This document shows, piece after piece, positions 27,648 to 34,868 of a DNA stretch of 34,868 nt (the stretch's first letter is position 1; each line of letters begins with the position of its first letter). Source of the DNA: an uncultured Planctomycetia bacterium (GTDB taxonomy: Bacteria; Planctomycetota; MHYJ01; CAYXQY01); NCBI GenBank assembly GCA_964466525.1, contig CAYXQY010000002.1:31137-66004 (forward strand), in the 5' to 3' direction. Made by a program: the position numbers and the translations under genes. The notes beneath the pieces are model-generated. The model saw only the letters and a list, made by a program, of their open reading frames with translations, was not told the origin of the DNA and searched no databases.

Positions 27648-29765
27648 TCAGGCCTGTTTTTCTTCTCCCTCTTCTTCCTTCGCAGCCCGACGGCTGAGGG
27701 AAATACGGTCTTCATCCATTTCAAGGATTTTCACCGTAATTTCCTCTCCTTCACTGACCACGTCCTCGACGGAACTGACATAATCGTCGGCCAGTTCACT
27801 GACATGGCAGAGGCCCTCCAGACCGCCCGGTGACAGTTCAACGAATGCCCCAAAATCTTTGACCCCTGTGACACGGCCCGTGATAATTTCCCCGACGCTG
27901 GGCTCGTATACAAGGTCTTCCACCCAGTTAAGCGCGGCATCGGCTGATTCCTCATCCACGGAGGAAATGGTCACGATACCATCATCGTCGATTTCCACGT
28001 CGGCGCCGGTCTCGTCTTCGATTTCACGAATGGTTTTCCCACCGGGTCCAATCACCCGACCAATCTTGTCTTCGTCAATCTGCAGGTGATAGATCCGCGG
28101 AGCATGCGGTGAAATATCCTCGCGGGGTTCACCGATGGTCTCCTCCATTTCATCCAGGATCTGCTCTCGAGCACTGCGCGCTTTCCGGAGTGCCTCACGC
28201 ACAATATTCTTGTTCACGTTGTCCGTCTTGATATCCATCTGAACAGCCGTGATACCCCGTCTTGTACCGGCGACCTTCAGATCCATGTCACCGCTGTGAT
28301 CCTCGTCGCCAAGGATGTCCGTTAGAATCTGGAAATTGCCGGTTTCCTCGTCTTCCACGAGTCCGATCGCGACACCGGTCACGTGACGTTCGAGTTCCAC
28401 CCCGGCCTTCATCATGGCAAGGGATCCGCTGGTCACCGTCGCCATGCTTGAAGAACCGTTGGACTCCAGGATATCGACGTCCGTGCGGATGGTGTACGGG
28501 AAATCTTCAACAGGAACGACCGGCCGTAAGGCCCGTTCAGCAAGCATGCCATGTCCGATTTCCCGGCGTCCGGGTCCTCGCATAGGCCGCGCTTCCCCAA
28601 CACAGAACGGGGGGAAGTTATAATGAACCATGAATTTTTTGGAGTACTCTTCCTCCAGTCCGTCCACGGTTTGTTCGTCCATTCCCGTACCGAGCGTGAC
28701 CGTTGCCATGGCCTGCGTTTCTCCGCGTGTAAACAGAGACGAACCGTGGGTTCTGGGCATGATTCCGATCTCACAGGACAGCGAACGGACTTCATCAAGA
28801 TCCCGCCCATCGATTCGCTCTCCATTCTTGATCATCGAACGAATCGTCTTTTTCTCGATTTCGTCAAATATATTTTCGACGTCATCGGGATCATGTTGCT
28901 GTTCCTCCGGCAGTTCCTCCGAACACAGCTCCTCAACCGCTCGTTCCTTCAGCTGATCAAGGGCATCGCTCCGTTCCTGCTTGTCTGAAATTCGAAGAGC
29001 TTCTTCGAGTTCATCCTGAAGCAGGGTTTTCAGCCTGTCCTTAATCTCCGGATCCGGCTGAGGAATATTGATTTCCTGGTCGGGTTTCGTCTCTGCGGTT
29101 TGCAGAAGTTCCTTCTGTAGTTCACAGATCTCCAGGTTGGTCTGGTGAGCCTGTCCGATGGCATTGAGGAGTTTTTGTTCCTCGACTTCCTCCCCGTGAC
29201 CCTCGACCATAACGACCCCTTTCTCGGTGGAAACGACCACCACGTCCAGGCCACTAACGTCCAGTTCGGAATTTGTTGGATTCACCACAAAATTGCCGTC
29301 GAGTTCGCCAATTCGGGTGGCACCTATAGGACCATCCCACGGTATGTCCGATAACATCAACGCAGTGGACGCTCCATTAATGGAAAGCACATCCGGATCA
29401 TTTTCCTTGTCGGCCGAATAAACGTTGGTTACAACCTGTATCTCGTTCCGGATTCCGTCCGGGAACAGCGGACGAATCGGACGATCGGTCAGCCGTGCCG
29501 TGATCGTCTCCTTCGTGGAGGGCTTTCCTTCTCGTTTGAAAAACCCCCCCGGTATTTTACCGGCGGCTGCCGTTTTCTCCCGGTACTCAACAGTCAGCGG
29601 GAAAAAGGGTAAATCCTTTTCTTTCCCTTTTGTTGCTGCAGTCAGCACAGCCGTGTCCGCGTATTGTACAAGGGCAGAACCATTTGCCTGTTTGGCCATT
29701 TTTCCCGTCCGAACTTCGAACGTTCGACCACTGATCTCTCGTTGTACTGAGTGTTCGTTAAACAT
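27648..29765 (-). CDS. pnp: Polyribonucleotide nucleotidyltransferase (PNPase)
   Basis: FFPLTVEYRE, GKIPGGFFKRE, RTHGSSLFTRGETQ, RREIGHG, ESNGSSSMA, KH and S1 domains. Confidence 0.99.
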   Translation of the reverse strand: MFNEHSVQREISGRTFEVRTGKMAKQANGSALVQYADTAVLTAATKGKEKDLPFFPLTVEYREKTAAAGKIPGGFFKREGKPSTKETITARLTDRPIRPLFPDGIRNEIQVVTNVYSADKENDPDVLSINGASTALMLSDIPWDGPIGATRIGELDGNFVVNPTNSELDVSGLDVVVVSTEKGVVMVEGHGEEVEEQKLLNAIGQAHQTNLEICELQKELLQTAETKPDQEINIPQPDPEIKDRLKTLLQDELEEALRISDKQERSDALDQLKERAVEELCSEELPEEQQHDPDDVENIFDEIEKKTIRSMIKNGERIDGRDLDEVRSLSCEIGIMPRTHGSSLFTRGETQAMATVTLGTGMDEQTVDGLEEEYSKKFMVHYNFPPFCVGEARPMRGPGRREIGHGMLAERALRPVVPVEDFPYTIRTDVDILESNGSSSMATVTSGSLAMMKAGVELERHVTGVAIGLVEDEETGNFQILTDILGDEDHSGDMDLKVAGTRRGITAVQMDIKTDNVNKNIVREALRKARSAREQILDEMEETIGEPREDISPHAPRIYHLQIDEDKIGRVIGPGGKTIREIEDETGADVEIDDDGIVTISSVDEESADAALNWVEDLVYEPSVGEIITGRVTGVKDFGAFVELSPGGLEGLCHVSELADDYVSSVEDVVSEGEEITVKILEMDEDRISLSRRAAKEEEGEEKQA

Positions 29766-29887
29766 AGAAAGTAATCGCGTAAAACGATGAATCCTGCTGC
29801 TGAAAATGTAAAAGGAGGAGGGGCGTGGTTCTCGTCGAATGTCGAGAGTTTTTGTCCAATTAGAACGTTCATAACTTCTAACTGAAC

Positions 29888-29912
29888 AAAAAACCCCGCC
29901 ATTACGACGGAA
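29888..29912 (-). terminator. Probable intrinsic terminator between rpsO and pnp
   Basis: Minus-strand TCCGTCG-TAA-TGGCGGG followed by GTTTTTT. Confidence 0.5.
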
Positions 29913-29973
29913 CCGCCCTACGTTCCTCCCATCGACAGGTCATGAGGAGCAGGAGAACACGTGACCCTGAACC

Positions 29974-30252
29974 TTATACACCTCGAATTTCTAATTCATT
30001 GAGGATATGAAGGTACCGTTCCCGGTCCTTTTCCTTCAGATATTTCAATAAATCTTTTCGCTTGGCCACGAGTTTCAACAGTCCTCGTCGGCTGGAATAA
30101 TCTTTCTGGTGATCCTGCATGTGTTCCGTAAGTTCGTCAATACGCTCCGTCAGAAGTGCAATCTGAACACCTGGTGATCCCGTGTCGCTCTCGTGCCTTC
30201 CAAATTTTTCAACGATTTCCTGTTTTCGTTCTTTTGCTACTGTACTCGACAT
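29974..30252 (-). CDS. rpsO: 30S ribosomal protein S15
   Basis: DTGSPGVQIALLTERI..LTEH..KDYSSRRGLLKLV; canonical rpsO-pnp synteny. Confidence 0.98.
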   Translation of the reverse strand: MSSTVAKERKQEIVEKFGRHESDTGSPGVQIALLTERIDELTEHMQDHQKDYSSRRGLLKLVAKRKDLLKYLKEKDRERYLHILNELEIRGV

Positions 30253-30528
30253 TGAAACAGTTCCATCAAATGAAACCTGAACTTGATGAATTCCATGTTT
30301 ATAGTAGATGGAAAATTATAGGGTACCCGCCACTGCAATACAAACCTGCCCCGGAAACTTAAATAGTTCGTCTTAAACCGGAGCGGATTTAGGAGGTTCT
30401 ACGGAGTTCTTAATTTACCTGTTCCGGACCCTCTACGGCTGGAAATTCAGCTTGATATCTGTCATATTATTGTTCATCGTTTCCCCTTTTTTTGATTGGC
30501 CTGTATATATAAATTCAGGAGGTCTTCG

Positions 30529-31818
30529 ATGGACGTGCTTATCGTTGGCGGGGGCGGACGAGAACATGCCATTGCGTGGAAGTTAAACAAATCTCCGGAG
30601 GTCGATACCCTTTACTGTGCACCGGGAAACGCCGGCATCGGACAGATTGCAGAGCGGTTCGAGATTCCTTCGTCCAACATAGAACAACTTGTGGATGCGG
30701 CTGAGTCGAACGACATCGGGCTCACGGTGGTCGGGCCGGAGGCTCCCCTGGCAAGGGGAATCGTCGACCGGTTTCAGGAACGGGGACTTCCTGTATTTGG
30801 TCCGAACCGTGAAGCGGCTCGCATCGAAGCCAGCAAAGTCTTCACCCGCCGGTTGACGGAGCAGGAGGGAGTCCCTTCTCCAGATTATCGCATCTTTGAG
30901 GAGTCCTCGAGTGCCCTATCCTATCTGGACACGCTTACGTTTCCTGCCGTCGTGAAGGCCGATGGACTTGCCGCCGGCAAAGGCTCATTTGTCTGTAATA
31001 CGTATGAAGAGGCGGAAGAGGCGGTCAAAAGCATTATGGAACAGCGGGAATTTGGCGACGCGGGGGATCAAATTGTGGTGGAAGAGTGTCTGCAGGGACA
31101 GGAAGCTTCACTTCTTGCAATCTGCAGCGGAACGGATCTGATGGTCCTCGACCCCAGCCAGGATCACAAGCAAATTTACGAGGGGGACGAAGGACCGAAC
31201 ACAGGAGGAATGGGGGCTTACTGTCCCACGCCGTTTGTCGATGAGCAAGTGCGGGAACAGGTGATCGAGAACATGTTTTTGCCGACCCTACACGCGCTCC
31301 AGAAACGAAACATTCAGTACAGTGGCGTTCTATACGCCGGCCTCATGCTGACGCAGAACGGCCCCCGTCTCCTGGAGTACAACGTGCGCTTCGGGGATCC
31401 GGAAGCCCAGCCGATTCTCCAGCGTATGGACGTGGATCTATTCCCTTATCTCCTCGAAGCAAGCCGGGGAAACCTGGGGAAAGTTGATCCTGTTGAATGG
31501 AAACCGGAGCATTCCCTCTGCGTCATTGCCGCTTCCGAGGGATATCCAATGGATTACGACACCGGGTACAGGATATCCGGGGTGGGAAACGTAGGCCCGG
31601 AGAAGGAAGCCCTCGTCTTCCATGCAGGCACGGAGATGAGCGACGGTGAACTGGTCACGGATGGAGGACGGGTACTGGGCGTATCCGCCCTGGGCAGTTC
31701 CCTGCAACACGCACAGGACCGTGCCTACGAGGAACTCGATAAAATTGATTTTCGGGGCATGACGTATCGTGCAGACATAGGCCATCATGCGCTCAGCAGG
31801 AAAAAATCAGCTTCGTAA
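30529..31818 (+). CDS. purD: Phosphoribosylamine--glycine ligase
   Basis: GGGGREHA, APGNAG, VGPEAPL, KADGLAAGKG, GPNTGGMG, EYNVRFGDPE. ATG at 30529 follows AGGAGG. Confidence 0.98.
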   Translation: MDVLIVGGGGREHAIAWKLNKSPEVDTLYCAPGNAGIGQIAERFEIPSSNIEQLVDAAESNDIGLTVVGPEAPLARGIVDRFQERGLPVFGPNREAARIEASKVFTRRLTEQEGVPSPDYRIFEESSSALSYLDTLTFPAVVKADGLAAGKGSFVCNTYEEAEEAVKSIMEQREFGDAGDQIVVEECLQGQEASLLAICSGTDLMVLDPSQDHKQIYEGDEGPNTGGMGAYCPTPFVDEQVREQVIENMFLPTLHALQKRNIQYSGVLYAGLMLTQNGPRLLEYNVRFGDPEAQPILQRMDVDLFPYLLEASRGNLGKVDPVEWKPEHSLCVIAASEGYPMDYDTGYRISGVGNVGPEKEALVFHAGTEMSDGELVTDGGRVLGVSALGSSLQHAQDRAYEELDKIDFRGMTYRADIGHHALSRKKSAS

Positions 31819-31830
31819 TACACACCTACC

Positions 31831-32760
31831 ATGACAGAGCCACTTGTTGAAACCGTACCCAACTTCAGTGAAGGAAAGGACTGGGATGTAATCGAAGACC
31901 TGGTCGACGCGTTTAAGTCGACCCCGGACGTCGCGTACCTGGATCTGCACCTGGATCCGGATCACAACAGGAGCGTCATTACGGCGGCTGGGCCCTCTTC
32001 CTCCGTCCGGGACGCCCTGACACGAGCAGTGCAGGTGGCGGTTGATCGGATTGACCTGAACGAACATGAAGGAACTCATCCGTTCATGGGAGCCGCAGAT
32101 GTCATTCCGATTGTCCCACTGGACAACACGTCCATGGCAGAGGCCACCGAAGAGGCAAAACAACTCGCCAAAAAGGTGTCCGACGAATTCGAGCTGCCGG
32201 CGTACCTGTACGCCAATGCAGCCACTCGAGATCACACACGAAAGCTTGCGAATCTACGCCGGTACACCGCGGACGAACTTAACAAGAAAATGCAGGAATC
32301 CGACGACTGGAAACCGGACTTCGGGCCGGATGAATGTCATCCGACCGCCGGGGCAATAGCAGTTGGAAGCCGTGATTTCCTCATCGCAATGAACGTTGAT
32401 ATTCTAACCAGTGACGTGGAAAAGGCCCGTGATATTGCGCGGGAAATACGTGAATCCTCCGGGGGCCTGCCCGGCATTCAGGCATTGGGGATGGAACTGG
32501 AAGAGCAAGGGCGAGTCACCGTTTCCACGAACATTATCGATTACGAGAAAACCCCTCCTCACCAACTGGTACGGGAAATTCATAAGGAAGCTGAAAAACG
32601 GGACATCAAACCGGGCCCCACGGAACTCGTCGGTTTGATTCCTGAAGAAGCGTTGAAGAAAGGAGACCCGGAAGATCTAAATGTCCCCCGATTCAATCCG
32701 GAACGCCACGTATTCGAACAGCGGTTCAAATCAAAATCCGCTCAGGCAGAACCTGTTTAA
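31831..32760 (+). CDS. ftcD: Glutamate formimidoyltransferase (FT domain only)
   Basis: ETVPNFSEG, DPDHNRSV, HEGTHPFMGAADVIP, HPTAGA, IRESSGGLPG, ELVGLIP. Confidence 0.93.
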   Translation: MTEPLVETVPNFSEGKDWDVIEDLVDAFKSTPDVAYLDLHLDPDHNRSVITAAGPSSSVRDALTRAVQVAVDRIDLNEHEGTHPFMGAADVIPIVPLDNTSMAEATEEAKQLAKKVSDEFELPAYLYANAATRDHTRKLANLRRYTADELNKKMQESDDWKPDFGPDECHPTAGAIAVGSRDFLIAMNVDILTSDVEKARDIAREIRESSGGLPGIQALGMELEEQGRVTVSTNIIDYEKTPPHQLVREIHKEAEKRDIKPGPTELVGLIPEEALKKGDPEDLNVPRFNPERHVFEQRFKSKSAQAEPV

Positions 32761-32984
32761 CAAAACCGGGGTTCCATAATTTTAATCGGAAGAGAAACAA
32801 GTAGGCAGCAACCCCACATTTCCATTCAGGAACCCACGCCTGTCGTCTAATTTTTCCCCGGTATCTTCCAATTAATAGGGAATCCCACGAAACTGGGGGA
32901 GAAAGACCATGAGCAGGAGCTTCGAAAGGTCGTATAAGCTTACATCCTACACACTGCCACTTCTGATATACCGCTTATCCGTCT

Positions 32985-33224
32985 TCACGTGGTTTCTTGT
33001 TCGTCCTGTTCCTCAAGAACATGAAGGATGGAGGTTACCTGTTCGGACGTCAGAATTCCTTTCTCCATCATGATCAGACCGATCTTCCGGTCCTCCCCCT
33101 GTTCCGCCTGGAGTTCATGCTGGTAGTTTAGTGCCTGCCTGACGTCTTTTGCCGTGCAAAATCCCAGTCGAATCGCCATTTCTCCAAATGGTTCTTCTCC
33201 ATCCCATTCGTTAAATTTACCCAT
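32985..33224 (-). CDS. Small protein consisting of a degenerate MshEN-like tandem motif (79 aa)
   Basis: PFGEMAIRLGFCTAKDVRQALNYQ and RKIGLIMMEKGILTSEQVTSILHVL resemble RLGxxLxxxGLIxxxxLxxALxxQ. GGGAGA RBS before ATG at 33224. Confidence 0.7.
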   Translation of the reverse strand: MGKFNEWDGEEPFGEMAIRLGFCTAKDVRQALNYQHELQAEQGEDRKIGLIMMEKGILTSEQVTSILHVLEEQDEQETT

Positions 33225-33400
33225 TAATCTTCTCCCGGAAACTAAATCAGCACGTATTCCGATTGCCACAAATAATTTTATCACCTAATTTCCGGTCGTC
33301 AAGAAGAACGGACACGGCCCCTTCATTTTGCTATCTTCCTTTCTTCCGGACTCTGGGCCGGGTGTTCACCTTTGACACCATCCCGCCCCGTTCCCAAAAT

Positions 33401-34009
33401 TTATTTATCACCCGTTTCCCGCATCTGAAATCGCAACGGCCAGTCCCCGGCCATATCCGCGTACTCCACGCCCACCCTTGGGCCCTTCACGATCCGATCC
33501 TCAGGAACTGAAGGACCTTTTTCAACTGTAACTGGACTGCCTGACAGTACATTGGTCTGATCCACCGACCGATCTATCGCAAGAGCCGTGCAGAGGTTGC
33601 CCGGCCCGGAAGCGATTTCATCTCGTGGTACCTGACTTTTCCTTTGTTTCTCCCGGCGTGCAATCATACACCCGGTTCCTATTTCCGGACGAACACCACG
33701 AATCAATACTGCCTCGGGAACCTGTTTTTTCTGACAGACAATGTTCAGACAGTGATACATGCCATAAATCAAATAAACATAAACGGTTCCGGGGGGCCCA
33801 AACATGGCCTGATTTCGTTCCGTTTTGCCGGATTGAAGTGCGTGGTTTGCGTCGTCGTTATCGCTGACGTACGCTTCGGTTTCCATGATCGTGCCACCGG
33901 TTATTTCCCCTTCCGTTTCACAGAGAAGCACGTCACCGAGCAGATCCATCGCCACTCGATCGGCCGGGCGAGCGAAAAATTCCCTCGTTCGAGCTTTGGA
34001 GTCATTCAT
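33401..34009 (-). CDS. mpg: DNA-3-methyladenine glycosylase (AAG/MPG family)
   Basis: LLG, IMETEAY, MFGPPGTVYVYLIYGMYHCLN, AVLIRG, SGPGNLC, GPRVGV. Confidence 0.95.
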   Translation of the reverse strand: MNDSKARTREFFARPADRVAMDLLGDVLLCETEGEITGGTIMETEAYVSDNDDANHALQSGKTERNQAMFGPPGTVYVYLIYGMYHCLNIVCQKKQVPEAVLIRGVRPEIGTGCMIARREKQRKSQVPRDEIASGPGNLCTALAIDRSVDQTNVLSGSPVTVEKGPSVPEDRIVKGPRVGVEYADMAGDWPLRFQMRETGDK

Positions 34010-34410
34010 CAGTCCCCGGACTGATCCTCCGTTGACGTCTTCTCCTGATTCGACTTCTGTTCGCTTGAGTCCTTCTCTCGCTTTTCAATTTCTTCCTGTA
34101 ATGTGCGTTGTTCCTCGTCCTCATCCTCCGTTTCGAGTTTATATTCGGCGTCTTTATAATCCTGCGGGGTTTTGGTCTCCGGTGACGCCTGACGGTCGTA
34201 AAACGTATCCTCATCTGCCTCTTCTATTTCAATCTGATCCTGTATCGTGTTCGTTTCCTGCTGGATATCCTGTTGAAACTGGTTGATATAATATCGAACT
34301 TTTCCCCACATACGGCCGATTTTCCGTCCAACTTCCGGCAAATCACCGCCGAAAATCAGAATTCCAGCCAGTAGAAGAAGACACATTTCAAGAAGTCCAA
34401 ACGATCCCAT
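34009..34410 (-). CDS. Twin-arginine translocase TatA/TatB-family subunit
   Basis: FGLLEMCLLLLAGILIFGGDLPEVGRKIGR gives a TM helix, FG hinge and amphipathic helix, followed by an acidic tail. TGATG overlap with mpg. Confidence 0.8.
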   Translation of the reverse strand: MGSFGLLEMCLLLLAGILIFGGDLPEVGRKIGRMWGKVRYYINQFQQDIQQETNTIQDQIEIEEADEDTFYDRQASPETKTPQDYKDAEYKLETEDEDEEQRTLQEEIEKREKDSSEQKSNQEKTSTEDQSGD

Positions 34411-34633
34411 TCTCTCATCCGATAATAGAAAGTGATAATACGACGAGCATTCCGGACCTCCCTCTTTTACAACGGCACGGAGGCTTCAAAGAATTCATGG
34501 TATCTCAATTTCCCTGTTCAATCAAAAACATGTGGTGTTGCAGGATTTGTTCCGTCGCCCGGCTGTACGATCATGAACCGAAAAACACTTTGTGTTTTCC
34601 GAATTGTGTGGCCCGAAATTTCAACCGTCCTTG

Positions 34634-34808
34634 AAGGCTGCTGAAAAACCCACCGCTTCATCAGTAGAATGCAATTTTGATCTCCGTAGTGCGCGGATTC
34701 GCAGGCGAAGCCGAAAGCGCATCGGCGAGAATACGTAATCGCCCAGAGACTCCCATTGCATTCGATCTCCTTTAGATGAAATGAGTTACGCCGATTCCCT
34801 TAGTCAAA
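34634..34808. mobile_element. Truncated inverted copy of the MITE-like element
   Basis: AAGGCTGCTGAAAAACCCACCGCTTCATCAGTAGAATGCAAT...GAGTTACGCCGA is a close reverse-complement match to about 25260-25432. Similarity ends abruptly near 34808. Confidence 0.8.
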
Positions 34809-34868
34809 AATATTCAAATAGCAACATTTAGTTTCTGTTTAAAATGAACAATTACTACGTAATCCCCT

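Noticed and set aside
3536-34410. Selenoproteins by TGA read-through, prompted by selB
   Set aside because: The recognised genes look complete at their stops, and I saw no in-frame TGA at a catalytic cysteine position.
1-34868. CRISPR array, retron, DGR, toxin-antitoxin or other defence system
   Set aside because: No regularly spaced direct repeats and no reverse transcriptase, Cas or toxin ORF recognised.

Overview
Mostly housekeeping chromosome from a bacterium. A Planctomycetota-like and possibly halophilic origin is inferred from the protein families and from the Asp/Glu richness of several cytoplasmic proteins. Genes in order: 5'-truncated hisIE, folK, panC, a small XRE regulator, DUF2752-selB, SDR, nnrE, a large exported beta-propeller-like protein, tRNA-Ala(CGC), YyaL/DUF255, FliA/WhiG sigma factor, ArsC/LMW-PTP, rpmE, an RNase Z-like MBL hydrolase, mazG, a flippase-like membrane protein, hemD, hemB, scpB, oppBC, a 2-oxoacid dehydrogenase cluster in beta-alpha-E2 order, FabA/Z, pnp, rpsO, purD, glutamate formiminotransferase, a stand-alone MshEN-like protein, mpg and tatA/B. 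I saw no CRISPR array, prophage, transposase or defence system. The most notable signals are: (1) a ~273-bp MITE-like element with 20-bp terminal inverted repeats, present three times at different divergences, one copy splitting the dehydrogenase operon; (2) a ~220-nt multi-branch structured RNA candidate divergent from the XRE gene, across a palindrome-rich promoter region; (3) a chimeric junction at ~105, where a minus-strand fragment of a 2-hydroxyacid dehydrogenase gene is joined to hisIE; (4) a stand-alone MshEN-type putative c-di-GMP receptor. All calls were made by eye, with no database searches.
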